Counted from the stretch's first letter, positions 20,274-31,894 are shown. The stretch is 32,000 bases of DNA from Nitrosomonas europaea (GCF_900167395.1 NZ_FUWK01000010.1:31053-63052); one strand, 5' to 3'. Notes: generated by a model from the sequence alone, not told the origin. A program made the numbers and translations.

Positions 20274-21404
20274 ATGGCTGTATTGGTAATGTATCTGTCT
20301 TTGGCGGGTATGTTATGCTGGTGGGCTATTCTGCTGGCGCCATGGCGAGCATGGAGTACCCGGGAGCAGCTTGAACCATCATCAAGTCCGGAAGCGAAAC
20401 AATCTTTTGATGACGTTACTGTTCTGATTCCTGCCCGTAATGAGGCGCAGTTCATCGATCAGACCTTGAACAGGCTTCAGGCGCAAGGCGAGGGTTTACG
20501 AATCATCGTAATCGATGATCAGTCGGAAGATCATACTGCATCCCTGGCAGGCAGACGAGGTGTTGAAGTCATTTCCGGGACGACTCCACCAAAAAACTGG
20601 AGTGGAAAGCTGTGGGCGCTGAATCAGGGATTGCAACAGGTACGCACCCGGTACACTTTGCTGCTGGATGCAGATATCAGTCTATCGTCCGGTATCTTGG
20701 GGGCGTTACTGAATAAGGCTCGTCAGGAAAATTTGTCGCTGGTATCGCTCATGGCAGAGTTGCCCGTCCAGCGTTTCTCCGAACGTCTGCTGGTACCTGC
20801 TTTTATATTTTTTTTCAAGCTGTTATATCCGTTTAAATTGTCCAATGAGTCGAAATCCCGCATGGCTGCTGCTGCGGGTGGGTGCATTCTGGTTGAAACT
20901 GGTGTACTGCGATCCATCGATGCTTTTACCAGTATCCACCACGCATTGATCGATGATTGTGCATTGGCTGCACAAGTCAAACAGGCTGGTTTCAAAACCT
21001 GGATCGGACTCAGTCATGCTGTACAAAGCCATCGGGGTTATGACAGCCTGGCGGCTATCTGGAATACCGTTGCTCGTACTGCATTCACGCAACTGCACTA
21101 TTCATCGTTATTACTGTTGCTGTGTACATTGATCATGTCCAGCATGTTCTGGTGTGCGCCATTGTCCGCGATCATTTATACGGATACGATTTTTGTGGTC
21201 AGCAGCATTCTTGCCTGGCTGGCTATGCTCATTGTTTATACACCCGTGCTCAGATTTTATCGGAGTTCACCCTTTTGGGTGATTGTATTGCCCCTGATCG
21301 GCACACTCTATCTCATGATGACCTGGACTTCCGCCTTCAGATACTGGCGAGGAGTGCGGGCGCACTGGAAAAATCGACGTTATGAAACTTCTGAACACAA
21401 TTAG
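20274..21404 (+). CDS. hpnB: family-2 glycosyltransferase, hopene-associated HpnB type
   Basis: N-terminal TM helix, then GT2 motifs VLIPARNEA, VIDDQSEDHT and LLLDADI (DxD), then C-terminal TM helices. It sits directly after hpnH. Confidence 0.7.
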   Translation: MAVLVMYLSLAGMLCWWAILLAPWRAWSTREQLEPSSSPEAKQSFDDVTVLIPARNEAQFIDQTLNRLQAQGEGLRIIVIDDQSEDHTASLAGRRGVEVISGTTPPKNWSGKLWALNQGLQQVRTRYTLLLDADISLSSGILGALLNKARQENLSLVSLMAELPVQRFSERLLVPAFIFFFKLLYPFKLSNESKSRMAAAAGGCILVETGVLRSIDAFTSIHHALIDDCALAAQVKQAGFKTWIGLSHAVQSHRGYDSLAAIWNTVARTAFTQLHYSSLLLLLCTLIMSSMFWCAPLSAIIYTDTIFVVSSILAWLAMLIVYTPVLRFYRSSPFWVIVLPLIGTLYLMMTWTSAFRYWRGVRAHWKNRRYETSEHN

Positions 21405-22014
21405 CAGAATAGTGACGCTATGGGTAATCGCCATGCTGGTGATGATTTCCGGATTGCGAGCAGAATCACTCGAAAATGAGGGTGCTGAACGGGTGGTGAT
21501 CACTCTGCAGAATACGCTGATCCAGGCCATGCAACAGGGTCAGGAAATTGGTTACAGCGGCCGTCTGAAGCTTCTGACTCCTGTTATTGAGCAGACGCAT
21601 GATCTTGCGGCAATCATCCGCTCTGTACTGGGTACGCACTGGGCCAAGCTCGATTCCGATCAGCAACAGGCGATCACCCGGGTATTCCAGGCCAACAGTA
21701 TTGCAACTTATGCAGACCGGTTTAACCAGTACGATGGAGAGCAATTCAAGATCATCGAACAGACACAGCTTCCGCGAGGGCGGATGTTGGTTCGCAGCCA
21801 GCTCATCCGGTCTGATGGCAGCCCGGTGAATTTTGATTATGTGATGCATGAGGCCGGTGGAAGCTGGCGCATCATCAATATCGTAGTCGACGGGGTCAGT
21901 GATCTGGCCCTGAAGCGGGCTGAATACAGTGCTGTATTGCAGAAAGATGGCGTTACCGCGCTGATCGACATGCTGGAGCAGAAAACTTCCCGTATAGAGC
22001 AGAATCAACAGTAA
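21382..22014 (+). CDS. hpnM: MlaC/Ttg2D-like periplasmic lipid-binding protein, HpnM type
   Basis: Signal peptide, then the Ttg2D/MlaC-like pattern (D...I.R..LG..W..L...Q.......F.......YA..F..Y.G......). It overlaps hpnB by 23 nt. Confidence 0.65.
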   Translation: MKLLNTISRIVTLWVIAMLVMISGLRAESLENEGAERVVITLQNTLIQAMQQGQEIGYSGRLKLLTPVIEQTHDLAAIIRSVLGTHWAKLDSDQQQAITRVFQANSIATYADRFNQYDGEQFKIIEQTQLPRGRMLVRSQLIRSDGSPVNFDYVMHEAGGSWRIINIVVDGVSDLALKRAEYSAVLQKDGVTALIDMLEQKTSRIEQNQQ

Positions 22015-22083
22015 TTCCAACAGGACAGTTGCTGCCTCTATCCTGAGATAACCATTTCACCACACCACTAAAGCGATTCATAC

Positions 22084-24630
22084 ATGGAACAATTCGCCAA
22101 GGAAACCTTGCCCGTCAGTCTCGAAGACGAAATGCGGCGTTCTTACCTCGATTATGCGATGAGCGTCATCGTAGGCCGGGCCTTGCCTGATGTGCGCGAT
22201 GGGCTGAAGCCAGTACACCGTCGTGTACTTTATGCCATGCATGAACTATCCAATGACTGGAATCGCCCGTATAAAAAATCCGCACGTATCGTCGGGGATG
22301 TCATCGGTAAATATCACCCGCATGGTGATACTGCTGTCTATGACACGATCGTGCGCATGGCACAGCCTTTTTCTCTGCGTTACATGCTGGTCGACGGACA
22401 GGGTAATTTTGGTTCGATCGATGGTGATAATGCCGCGGCAATGCGTTATACCGAAATCAGAATGTCACGTATCGCCCATGAATTACTGGCTGATCTCGAC
22501 AAGAACACAGTCGATTTCGGGCCCAATTACGATGGTTCCGAGCAGGAGCCACTGATCCTGCCGGCCAAAATACCCAATCTGCTGATCAATGGATCATCCG
22601 GCATCGCGGTGGGGATGGCGACCAATATCCCACCTCATAATCTGGGTGAGGTCATTGACGCCTGCCTGTTGCTGCTGCGTGATCCTGACGTGGATATCGC
22701 CGAATTGATGGCTTGTATCCCGGCACCGGATTTTCCAACTGCAGGCATCATTTACGGTATATCCGGCATCAAAGACGGGTACCAGACCGGAAGAGGGCGT
22801 GTCATCATGCGCGCCAGAACGCATTTTGAAGAGCTCGATAAAGGTAATCGCCACAGTATCATCATCGATGAACTGCCTTATCAGGTGAATAAAGCCAATT
22901 TACTGGTGCGTATCGGTGAGCTGGTAAGAGATAAAAGGATAGAAGGTATTTCCGATCTGCGCGATGAATCGGATAAATCCGGTATGCGCGTGGTCATCGA
23001 ACTCAAGCGTGGAGAAGTACCCGAAGTCGTCCTGAACAATCTGTATAAAGAGACACAGATGCAGGATACATTCGGCATCAACATGGTTGCGCTGGTCGAT
23101 GGACAGCCCCGTTTGCTCAATCTGAAGCAGATGCTGGATCATTTCCTGCGCCATCGTCGTGAAGTCGTGACGCGGCGTACTTTATTCGAACTCAGAAAGG
23201 CGCGGGAACGCGGCCATTTGCTGGAAGGACTGGCGGTTGCTTTATCCAATGTCGATGAAATCATTGCGCTGATCAAAGCTGCTCCGACCCCGGCAGAGGC
23301 TAAAAAAGGCCTGATGGCCAGAACATGGCGATCCTCGCTGGTTGAAGAAATGCTTCTCCGTGCAATGATCGATGCAGCAGTATTTCGCCCTGAAACGCTG
23401 GCAGCCGGGTTCGGGATGTCAGACCAGGGTTATCGTTTATCCGATGCACAGGCCCAAGCGATTCTCGATCTCAGATTGCAGCGACTCACCGGACTGGAAC
23501 AGGAAAAAATCGTTTCGGAATACAGAGAAATACTCGACAAGATCCGGGATCTCCTCGACATACTGGCAAATCCGGAACGGATTACCACCATCATTGTGGA
23601 AGAGCTGACGGCCATCAAAGGGCAGTTTGGGGATCCCCGGCGCAGTGAAGTAGTGATAGATGCGCAAAATTTGAATACTGAAGATCTGATTACGCCTGCC
23701 GATATGGTGGTGACCCTGTCACATGCGGGCTACATCAAATCCCAGTTGCTGGACGATTATCGTGCGCAGAAACGCGGAGGGCGCGGCAAGCAGGCAATTA
23801 CCACCCGAGAGGACGATTTCATCGACAATCTGTTTATCGCTAATACGCATGATTTCATTCTGTGTTTCTCCAGCCTTGGGCGCGTCTACTGGATCAAGGT
23901 TTACAATGTGCCGCAAGGCAGCCGTACTTCGCGGGGCAGGCCGGTGAATAATCTCGTGCCACTGGAACAGAATGAAAAGATCAATGCTGTACTGCCAGTC
24001 AAATCATTTGACGATACCCGTTACGTATTTATGTCAACTGCCGGTGGTACGGTCAAGAAAACACCGTTGTCAGAGTTTTCACGGCCGCGTACCAATGGAA
24101 TCATTGCAATCGACCTCGATGAGGGAGATTATCTGATCGGTGTTGCGCTGACCGAAGGCAAGCATGATGTCATGCTCTTTTCTGATGCTGGCAAAGCGAT
24201 GCGTTTCGATGAGAACGATGTGCGTCCCACCGGGCGTAATGCACGCGGGGTAAGGGGTATGAAGCTTGGAGCAGGGCAGCAGGTCATTTCACTGCTGGTT
24301 GCAGATAATGAAAATATGGCGGTATTGACCGCGACTGAGAATGGCTACGGCAAACGTACACCTATTACCGAATATACCCGGCATAACCGGGGTACTCAGG
24401 GTATGATCGCGATTAACACCAACGTCCGTAACGGTAAAGTCGTCGCTGCACAACTGGTTGAGTCCAGTGATGAAATCATGCTGATTACCACGGGTGGCGT
24501 CATGATTCGCACTCGCGTCAGTGAGATTCGTGAAATGGGCCGGGCAACTCAGGGAGTGACACTGATCAATCTGGATGCAGGTGAGAAACTGGCCGGACTG
24601 GAGAGAATCGTCGAAACGGATGAGGATTAG
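22084..24630 (+). CDS. gyrA: DNA gyrase subunit A
   Basis: [16 protein letters not shown] segment [17 protein letters not shown], and active-site Tyr context [10 protein letters not shown]; 848 aa. Confidence 0.97.
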   Translation: MEQFAKETLPVSLEDEMRRSYLDYAMSVIVGRALPDVRDGLKPVHRRVLYAMHELSNDWNRPYKKSARIVGDVIGKYHPHGDTAVYDTIVRMAQPFSLRYMLVDGQGNFGSIDGDNAAAMRYTEIRMSRIAHELLADLDKNTVDFGPNYDGSEQEPLILPAKIPNLLINGSSGIAVGMATNIPPHNLGEVIDACLLLLRDPDVDIAELMACIPAPDFPTAGIIYGISGIKDGYQTGRGRVIMRARTHFEELDKGNRHSIIIDELPYQVNKANLLVRIGELVRDKRIEGISDLRDESDKSGMRVVIELKRGEVPEVVLNNLYKETQMQDTFGINMVALVDGQPRLLNLKQMLDHFLRHRREVVTRRTLFELRKARERGHLLEGLAVALSNVDEIIALIKAAPTPAEAKKGLMARTWRSSLVEEMLLRAMIDAAVFRPETLAAGFGMSDQGYRLSDAQAQAILDLRLQRLTGLEQEKIVSEYREILDKIRDLLDILANPERITTIIVEELTAIKGQFGDPRRSEVVIDAQNLNTEDLITPADMVVTLSHAGYIKSQLLDDYRAQKRGGRGKQAITTREDDFIDNLFIANTHDFILCFSSLGRVYWIKVYNVPQGSRTSRGRPVNNLVPLEQNEKINAVLPVKSFDDTRYVFMSTAGGTVKKTPLSEFSRPRTNGIIAIDLDEGDYLIGVALTEGKHDVMLFSDAGKAMRFDENDVRPTGRNARGVRGMKLGAGQQVISLLVADNENMAVLTATENGYGKRTPITEYTRHNRGTQGMIAINTNVRNGKVVAAQLVESSDEIMLITTGGVMIRTRVSEIREMGRATQGVTLINLDAGEKLAGLERIVETDED

Positions 24631-24647
24631 CTCAACCTGGTGAACCA

Positions 24648-25754
24648 ATGAGAAAAATCTACAATTTCAGTGCAGGTCCGGCAGTACTGCCGGAGGAAGT
24701 GTTGGAGCAGGCTCGCGAAGAAATGCTGGACTGGCACGGCAGTGGCATGTCAGTCATGGAAATGAGCCATCGCGGGAAAGAATTCATGTCCATCGCGGAC
24801 GAAACCGAATCTGCTTTGCGCGAGCTGGCGGGCATTCCGGATCACTATAAAGTACTCTTTCTTCAGGGGGGGGCATCCAGCCAGTTTGCCATGGTGCCGA
24901 TGAATCTGCTCGGCAAGAAGGGCAAAGCGGATTATGTCAATACCGGTCAATGGTCGGCAAAGGCCATCAGTGAGGCCAAAAATTACGGTTCTGTCCAGAT
25001 CGCAGCTTCGTCGGAAAGTGATGGTTTCAACTCGGTTCCACCGCTGGCGCAATGGCATATCTCGCCTGATGCGGCTTATGTACATTACGCGTCCAACGAG
25101 ACGATCGGCGGAGTCGAATTTCAGTGGACGCCTGATTTATCCGCAGTAGCCGGTGACAACAAAAACATTCCGCTGGTTGCCGATATGTCCTCCAATTTCC
25201 TGTCGCGTCCTTTCGATGTCAGCAAATTCGGGCTGATTTACGCCGGAGCACAGAAAAATGTCGGTCCTGCCGGGTTGGTGGTGGTGATCGTTCGTGAGGA
25301 TTTACTGGATATTCCACCGCTTGCCGGAACGCCCGCTATGTTCCGCTATAAAACGCATGCAGATAATGCTTCAATGTACAATACGCCTCCCACTTATGCC
25401 ATTTACATCATGGGGCTCGTCATGGAATGGCTGAAAAAACAGGGCGGACTGACTGCGATTGAACAGCGTAACATTGCCAAAGCCAAACTGATCTACGATC
25501 TGATCGATGTCAGCAGTTTTTACCATTGCCCGGTCAACCAGGCAGATCGATCCAGGATGAATGTTCCGTTTACACTGAGTGATCCCGGTCTTGATGACGC
25601 ATTCCTGAAACAGGCTCAGGCGCATGGCCTGATTCAGTTGAAAGGGCACCGGTCGGTCGGCGGTATGCGAGCCTCGATCTATAATGCCATGCCGTTGGAA
25701 GGTGTACAGACATTGGTGACCTTCATGCGGGAATTCGAGAAAAACCATGCCTGA
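24648..25754 (+). CDS. serC: phosphoserine aminotransferase
   Basis: [15 protein letters not shown]-terminus, FLQGGAS, and PLP-Lys context [12 protein letters not shown]; 368 aa. Confidence 0.93.
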   Translation: MRKIYNFSAGPAVLPEEVLEQAREEMLDWHGSGMSVMEMSHRGKEFMSIADETESALRELAGIPDHYKVLFLQGGASSQFAMVPMNLLGKKGKADYVNTGQWSAKAISEAKNYGSVQIAASSESDGFNSVPPLAQWHISPDAAYVHYASNETIGGVEFQWTPDLSAVAGDNKNIPLVADMSSNFLSRPFDVSKFGLIYAGAQKNVGPAGLVVVIVREDLLDIPPLAGTPAMFRYKTHADNASMYNTPPTYAIYIMGLVMEWLKKQGGLTAIEQRNIAKAKLIYDLIDVSSFYHCPVNQADRSRMNVPFTLSDPGLDDAFLKQAQAHGLIQLKGHRSVGGMRASIYNAMPLEGVQTLVTFMREFEKNHA

Positions 25755-26958
25755 TGATGCCCAAAGAATCACCCGAATTCTTACACTGAACTCGATTGCC
25801 CAGGTCGGGCTCAAGCGTTTTCCTCCGCATCTTTTTCAGATCGGCAGCGACATTACCGGTCCTGACGTGATACTGGTACGTTCTCATAACCTGCACGATA
25901 TGGAAATACCCGAAAGCGTCATTGCAATCGGGCGCGCCGGTGCCGGAACCAATAACATCCCCGTCAACCAGATGAGCGCACGCGGCATCCCGGTTTTCAA
26001 TACGCCGGGCGCCAATGCCAATGCAGTCAGGGAACTGGTGCTGGCAGGCATGTTGATGGCATCGCGTAATCTGATACCGGCTTTACGCTTCGTCGAAACA
26101 CTGGAAGGCGATGATCAGTCTTTCAACCTTCAGGTTGAAGCAGGCAAAAAACAGTTTTCCGGCTTGGAATTGCCGGGGCGGACACTGGGTGTCATCGGTC
26201 TGGGCAAGATCGGACGGCAGGTGGCCGATATCGCAATAAAACTTGGAATGAAGGTGCTCGGGTATGACCCGAAAATTACCATCGACTCTGCATGGAGTTT
26301 GCCCGCCGAAGTACAGAAAGCAAACCAGATCGAGGATCTGATACGCCGCAGTCAGTTTATTTCGCTGCATGTGCCACTCAACGACTCCACTCGTCATCTG
26401 ATCAACGATTCACTGATCTCCTGCATGCAGAAGAACACCATTCTGCTCAATTTTTCGCGTGACGCGATCGTTGATGAAGACGCCGTGCTGACTGGTATCA
26501 AAAGCGGGGTCATCCGGTACTATGTTTGTGATTTTCCCGGCCGGAAACTGCAGCAACAGCAGGCAGTCGTTACTTTGCCCCATCTCGGCGCTTCCACGCG
26601 TGAGGCTGAAGAAAATTGTGCCATGATGATTGCTGATCAGATCATGGATTATGTTACGAACGGTAACATTTCCTATACCGTCAATTTTCCGGATGTCGTC
26701 ATGGAACGCGGAACACCGTACCGGGTTGCCGTTGCCAATGCCAACGTTCCCAATCTGCTGGGACAGATATCGACCTGCATGGCAGATGTCGGTCTGAACA
26801 TCCACAACATGGTGAATAAATCCCGCGGGGAAATGGCCTATACACTGGTCGATACCGATAAAGCAGTTCCACAGGAAACCATTGATGCGATCGTCCGGAT
26901 TACGGGTGTACTGATGGTGCGCTATCTGCCGATATCAGAATCTTCTGAACGGGCATGA
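25747..26958 (+). CDS. serA: D-3-phosphoglycerate dehydrogenase (2-hydroxyacid dehydrogenase + C-terminal ACT domain)
   Basis: NAD fold [25 protein letters not shown], and an ACT-like tail ([19 protein letters not shown]). The start overlaps the serC stop (ATGCCTGA). Confidence 0.8.
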   Translation: MPDDAQRITRILTLNSIAQVGLKRFPPHLFQIGSDITGPDVILVRSHNLHDMEIPESVIAIGRAGAGTNNIPVNQMSARGIPVFNTPGANANAVRELVLAGMLMASRNLIPALRFVETLEGDDQSFNLQVEAGKKQFSGLELPGRTLGVIGLGKIGRQVADIAIKLGMKVLGYDPKITIDSAWSLPAEVQKANQIEDLIRRSQFISLHVPLNDSTRHLINDSLISCMQKNTILLNFSRDAIVDEDAVLTGIKSGVIRYYVCDFPGRKLQQQQAVVTLPHLGASTREAEENCAMMIADQIMDYVTNGNISYTVNFPDVVMERGTPYRVAVANANVPNLLGQISTCMADVGLNIHNMVNKSRGEMAYTLVDTDKAVPQETIDAIVRITGVLMVRYLPISESSERA

Positions 26959-26993
26959 AAACAAAAAAATCCAGGCAAATACATTAACCCACA

Positions 26994-28064
26994 TTGATGA
27001 CAGAACAGCTTAAACAACTGCGCAATGAAATCGATGCAGTCGATGATGAGTTGCTCCGATTGATCAGCACTCGCGCGCGGCTTGCACAGCAAGTCGGCCG
27101 ACAGAAGTCCGGCACTGCTTATCGTCCTGAGCGTGAATCACAGATTTTTTCCCGTTTGCAGCAATCCAATCCGGGGCCGTTGCGAGATGAGCATATTGTG
27201 CACCTGTTTACTGAAATCATATCGGTTTGCCGTGCGCTGGAAGAGCCCTTGACTGTTGCTTATCTGGGGCCGCAGGGCACATTTTCGGAAGAAGCGGTTA
27301 CCAAACGTTTTGGCAGTGCTGTTACTTCACTGCCTTGCAGTTCGATCGACGATATTTTTCGCAAGGTCGAATCCGGCGCTGCCAGCTATGGTGTCGTTCC
27401 GGTTGAAAATTCTACCGAGGGAGCAGTCGGTAGAACCATGGATCTGCTGTTGCAGACACCGTTGAAGATATGTGGCGAGCTCGAGCTGCCTGTACACCAG
27501 TGCCTGATGGCACAACAGACTGATCTGACCGCTATTCGAAAAATTTATTCTCACCCGCAGTCATTTGCACAATGTCAGGTATGGATCAACGAGAATTTGC
27601 AAAGTCTGACGGCTGTCGACCGGATCGATGCCGCCAGTAATGCAGATGCTGCCCGTCAGGCTGCCGCCGACAGCAGTGCCGCAGCCATTGCCGGAAAGAA
27701 GGCTGCCGAAGTATTCGGGCTGAAAGTTTGTGCCGCTAACATTGAGGATAATCCGAATAACACAACTCGATTTCTGGTCATTGGCAGTCGGGATGTTGCG
27801 CGTTCCGGGAGGGATAAAACTTCACTCGCCATGGCTACGCATAACCGGCCCGGTGCGGTGCACGAGCTTCTTGCACCCTTTGCACGCTATCAGGTCAGTA
27901 TGACCCGTCTGGAATCACGTCCTTCGCGTGCCAGTCTGTGGGAGTATGTTTTTTTTACCGATATTGCAGGACATCAGGAAGATGAAAATGTAGCCAGGGC
28001 ACTGCAAGCACTGCGTGATAATACAACCTTTCTGAAGATTTTCGGTTCTTATCCTGCTGCATGA
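26994..28064 (+). CDS. pheA: bifunctional chorismate mutase / prephenate dehydratase (P-protein)
   Basis: CM segment LRNEIDAVDDELLRLISTRARLA, PDT TRF motif (NNTTRFLVIG), and ACT ESRPS motif (LESRPSRASLWEYVFF). The track start is TTG 26994; an ATG follows at 26997. Confidence 0.93.
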   Translation: MMTEQLKQLRNEIDAVDDELLRLISTRARLAQQVGRQKSGTAYRPERESQIFSRLQQSNPGPLRDEHIVHLFTEIISVCRALEEPLTVAYLGPQGTFSEEAVTKRFGSAVTSLPCSSIDDIFRKVESGAASYGVVPVENSTEGAVGRTMDLLLQTPLKICGELELPVHQCLMAQQTDLTAIRKIYSHPQSFAQCQVWINENLQSLTAVDRIDAASNADAARQAAADSSAAAIAGKKAAEVFGLKVCAANIEDNPNNTTRFLVIGSRDVARSGRDKTSLAMATHNRPGAVHELLAPFARYQVSMTRLESRPSRASLWEYVFFTDIAGHQEDENVARALQALRDNTTFLKIFGSYPAA

Positions 28065-28104
28065 ATCGATAAATTCCTGAACAAGATACTATTTACTTTT
28101 AAAT

Positions 28105-29226
28105 ATGATGAATCTCAGTGAACTGGCTCCGGACTATATCCGGGCAATTCAGCCCTATCAGCCCGGTAAACCAATCTCAGAATTGGTTAGAGACCTGGGG
28201 CTGAATAAAGATGAAGTAGTCAAACTGGCTTCCAATGAAAACCCGTTGGGTACCAGTCCCCTGGCAAAGGAAGCCATGATCCAGGCGCTCAACGAATCGG
28301 CCCGGTATCCGGATGGCAGTGGTTTCGAGCTCAAGGCAGCGTTGTCCGAACGGCTGGGCATGCCGGCCGACCAGATCGTGCTGGGCAATGGCTCCAACGA
28401 TGTACTTGAACTTGCCACTCGCATTTTTCTGCACCCGGATTCAACCGCCATCTATTCCCAGTATGCCTTCGCCATCTATCCGCTGCTGGCCCAGGCTGTT
28501 GGTGCCAGAGGTATTGCCGTCCCCGCCCGTAATTATGGCCACGATCTCGAAGCCATGCTGGCTGCTGTTACGCCGGAAACCCGTATCATATTCATCGCCA
28601 ATCCTAACAACCCTACCGGGACATTGTGTGACGCTAGGGATCTGCTGCGTTTTATGGAACGTGTTCCGCAGGATGTACTCGTGATACTGGATGAAGCCTA
28701 TGACGAATATCTGCCGGAAGCAAACAAGGCAAACAGTATTGCGTGGTTGAAGAATTTCCAGAATCTGGTCATCACCCGTACTTTTTCCAAAGCTTATGGT
28801 CTTGCCAGTGTACGCGTTGGCTTTGCGCTGGCACATGCTGATATCGCCAATCTGATGAATCGTATTCGCCAGCCGTTCAATGTAAACAGTATCGGTCTGG
28901 CGGCTGCACAGGCAGCGCTCAAGGATGTTGAATTTGTCAAACTTGCCTATATGACGAATCGTACGGGCATGCAGCAGATGACTCATGGCCTGGACCAGCT
29001 CGGTATCGAATATATTCCTTCCTTCGGTAATTTTGTCTGTTGCCATATCGACGGGCATCCGGCTAATACGCTGAAAATCTACAGAAATCTGCTGCAGCAG
29101 GGGGTCATCGTGCGCCCGCTGGGTAATTACGACATGCTCAACCATTTGCGGGTAACCATTGGAATCGAAGAAGAAAACAAGCGGTTCCTGCAAGCGCTGG
29201 AACAGGCATTGAAAGAACTGGATTGA
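28105..29226 (+). CDS. hisC: histidinol-phosphate / aromatic aminotransferase
   Basis: [18 protein letters not shown], and PLP-Lys context [15 protein letters not shown]; 373 aa. Confidence 0.9.
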
Positions 29227-29248
29227 GCAGCAACACAAATACCTGATC

Positions 29249-30151
29249 ATGGCTTTTCCCGCCATTTCAAAACTAGTCGTTGTCGGTGTAGGGTTGATCG
29301 GTGGTTCATTTGCGCTGGCACTGCGCCGGGCTGGCCTGGTGGATCGTGTCGTCGGCATGGGTCGCAGTCCTGAAAACATGCAGCGTGCCCTTGAGCTGGG
29401 CATTATCGATGAACAAACGAGCGACTTTGCCGCAGCATTGTCCGGCGCAGATTTCGTATTGCTCGCGATTCCCGTAAAACAGACGGCCGGTGTCATGCAG
29501 CAGATGGCGCCTCATCTGAAAGCCCATACCATCATTTCTGATGTTGGCAGCACCAAACAGAACGTAGTCCATGCTGCCCGTGCCAATCTGGGTAAGCGGA
29601 TTGAACGTTTCATCCCTGCACATCCCATTGCGGGTACTGAATTCAACGGTGCAGAAGCCGCCTTTCCTGACCTGTTTCAGGATAAACCCGTGATTCTGAC
29701 GCCGTTGCAGGAGAATGATCAGCAGATCGTCGATCGTGTTGCTGACCTTTGGCAACACTGCGGTGCCAGTGTTTCATCCATGCTGCCGGAGCAGCATGAT
29801 CAGCTACTCGCTGCAATCAGTCACCTGCCGCACATGCTGGCATTCTCACTGATGCAGCATATTCGTACCCTGAGCCATACCTTAAGCGAGGGAGATCCGC
29901 TGGCGCTTCTTCGCTTCGCCGGCAGTAGCCTGAATGATATGACCCGCATTACCGCCAGTTCCCCGGAAATGTGGCGTGATATCTGTCTTGAAAATCGTGC
30001 TGCATTGCTGGCACAGATTGAAGCCTATCAGCAGGAACTCTCCGGATTGCAGCAAATGCTGGCCGATCATGATGGTGAATCGCTGGAAAAATTGTTTGCA
30101 GAAGCACGTGCCATCCGGCAGGCCTGGTCAGCCTTCAGAAACCAATCCTGA
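29249..30151 (+). CDS. tyrA: prephenate (or arogenate) dehydrogenase
   Basis: Rossmann fold VVVGVGLIGGSFALALRRAG, plus DVGSTK and AHPIAGTE motifs; 300 aa. Confidence 0.88.
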   Translation: MAFPAISKLVVVGVGLIGGSFALALRRAGLVDRVVGMGRSPENMQRALELGIIDEQTSDFAAALSGADFVLLAIPVKQTAGVMQQMAPHLKAHTIISDVGSTKQNVVHAARANLGKRIERFIPAHPIAGTEFNGAEAAFPDLFQDKPVILTPLQENDQQIVDRVADLWQHCGASVSSMLPEQHDQLLAAISHLPHMLAFSLMQHIRTLSHTLSEGDPLALLRFAGSSLNDMTRITASSPEMWRDICLENRAALLAQIEAYQQELSGLQQMLADHDGESLEKLFAEARAIRQAWSAFRNQS

Positions 30152-30188
30152 TTACCCGGTTGAATTCGTACCGGCTCCTGACAAAAAT

Positions 30189-31154
30189 CTAACCGGTTTT
30201 AGGTCTCTTTTTGGCACGAGGATGGGCCTGATCGTAAATCTTGGCCAGATGCTGAAAATCCAGATGGGTGTACACCTGCGTACTGCGAATGCTGCTGTGG
30301 CCAAGCATTTCCTGAACTGCGCGCAAATCGCCACTTGATTGCAGCAGATGGGAAGCGAATGAATGGCGAAGAGCATGCGGGTGTACCCGGTCATCAAGAT
30401 TCTGCAGCCGGGCACGCTGATGCAGGCGGACAGCGATGGTGCGCGGGTGGATACGCTGGCCGTGCCGTGATAGAAACAAGGCAGTTTCGCCGGATGTCAG
30501 CCATGCGCTGCGCAGTGGCAACCAGGCTTGCAATGCACGCAGTGCGGGTTCTCCCACCGGTACGATGCGGGTTTTGCTGCCTTTACCCGTAACACGTACG
30601 ATACCTTCGCTGAAATCGATATCGGTTGGCTGTAATCGGGTCAGCTCGGCCAGCCGTAATCCGGAGGAGTAAAACAGCTCGAACATGGCCAGATCGCGTG
30701 TCGCCAGTGCATCAGCGGGATCAAAAGCCAGCAGTTGTGCGGCTTCATCCGGTGAAAGCGCATGCGGCAGCTTCCGTGGCGATTTGGGGACGCGTATATC
30801 CTGGCAGGGATTTTCGGTATGGTGATGATGGCGCATCAGATAACGATAAAACCCACGCCAGGCGGATAACATGCGCGCCAGGCTTCTGCCGGAAAGACCG
30901 CCATGATGCAAGTGCGCGATGAAATGGCGGATATCGTGCGAATGCAAGCGGGTTAGCGAAGCGTCAGTGACTTCATGCCCGTTTTCATGTTCACTTTGAT
31001 GCTGAGCGGCAATGCAGCATACCAGTGCAACCAGATCACGCCGGTAGCTGTGTTGAGTCAGCAGGGAAAGACTGCGTGTGCTGGCCAGATAAGCCAGATA
31101 CTCGCTCAGCAGTGGCGGCAGGGGTGTATCACGCTCATCATGAGGCTGATTCAC
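30189..31154 (-). CDS. xerC: tyrosine site-specific recombinase XerC
   Basis: Catalytic pattern SGLRLAEL (Arg I), HALRHSFASHLL (HxxR) and LGHSSIRSTQVYTH (His, Tyr). It is preceded by a DUF484 gene, as is typical for xerC. Confidence 0.9.
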   Translation of the reverse strand: MNQPHDERDTPLPPLLSEYLAYLASTRSLSLLTQHSYRRDLVALVCCIAAQHQSEHENGHEVTDASLTRLHSHDIRHFIAHLHHGGLSGRSLARMLSAWRGFYRYLMRHHHHTENPCQDIRVPKSPRKLPHALSPDEAAQLLAFDPADALATRDLAMFELFYSSGLRLAELTRLQPTDIDFSEGIVRVTGKGSKTRIVPVGEPALRALQAWLPLRSAWLTSGETALFLSRHGQRIHPRTIAVRLHQRARLQNLDDRVHPHALRHSFASHLLQSSGDLRAVQEMLGHSSIRSTQVYTHLDFQHLAKIYDQAHPRAKKRPKTG

Positions 31155-31881
31155 GATTGGCTGCTCCGGGAGTCTGCTGTATCAGGCGCATGATCGAACT
31201 GCTCACCATATCTCCCAGCCGTTCCAGATAAAGTGTTCCCATGTCCGGATAAAAGCGTTCTGCCTCCGGGCTGGCCATTACCAGCAGACCAAAATTACTT
31301 TGCTTTTTCAATGGAATGACGGCAAAGGATTTCAGATATTCCGCATCCTGAGCAAACCATTGCCTGATTTCGTCATCCACCTCCGGTCCGCAATAAGGGC
31401 GCAGCATTCCCTGTGCAAGGATACGTACATTGTTGCTGATCGGATCGAATTCAGGAGAAGGCAGATCCGCCTCGGTGCCAAATTCATCGATCTGCCACAA
31501 GCGCAATACGACATGCGGAATGGAAAAATCTTCGCACAGATGGTATTGCAGCTCGTGCAGCAGTTCGGGCAGTGAACCGAAACCCAGCAGTGCAACCGTC
31601 AGGCGATGCATTTTTTCACTGATGGCATCGTTGTTTTCACCGACATCGATCAGCTCCTGCAGCCTGTTCTGCAACAGTTTGTTTTTCTCGCGCAGCATTG
31701 CTACCTGCCGCTCGTTGATCGAAATGACACGGCCTTCGTAAGGATGCGGAAAACGGAGTGATTCCAGCAGATCAGGGTGTTCCTCAAAAAATTCCGGGTG
31801 GTCCTGCAGATATTGAGTAATTTCCTCGGGTGTGGTCATGGATAGATCCATTTCATTGTTACAGGGCAAACATCTTACCAC
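31138..31881 (-). CDS. DUF484 family protein
   Basis: I..YL..HPEFFEEHPDLLESL N-terminus and GAF-like remainder. It overlaps xerC by 17 nt. The likely true start is an internal Met (MTTPEE.., ATG at 31839) rather than 31881. Confidence 0.8.
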   Translation of the reverse strand: MVRCLPCNNEMDLSMTTPEEITQYLQDHPEFFEEHPDLLESLRFPHPYEGRVISINERQVAMLREKNKLLQNRLQELIDVGENNDAISEKMHRLTVALLGFGSLPELLHELQYHLCEDFSIPHVVLRLWQIDEFGTEADLPSPEFDPISNNVRILAQGMLRPYCGPEVDDEIRQWFAQDAEYLKSFAVIPLKKQSNFGLLVMASPEAERFYPDMGTLYLERLGDMVSSSIMRLIQQTPGAANRESAS

Positions 31882-31894
31882 GGCGAGATATCAT

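Noticed and set aside
22318-22368. GyrA QRDR carries Thr at the E. coli Ser83-equivalent position ([10 protein letters not shown])
   Set aside because: Thr at this position is the wild-type state in many proteobacteria, so it is not evidence of quinolone-resistance selection.
28441-29496. 351-aa minus-strand ORF spanning the hisC-tyrA junction. Similar long antisense ORFs occur at 19223-20035, 12789-13391, 7931-8539, 9010-9534 and 21466-22020.
   Set aside because: Each lies entirely antisense to a gene with strong, motif-supported identity. They have Arg/Ser/Cys-rich, low-plausibility sequences and no recognisable domains. These are typical shadow ORFs of mid-GC coding DNA.
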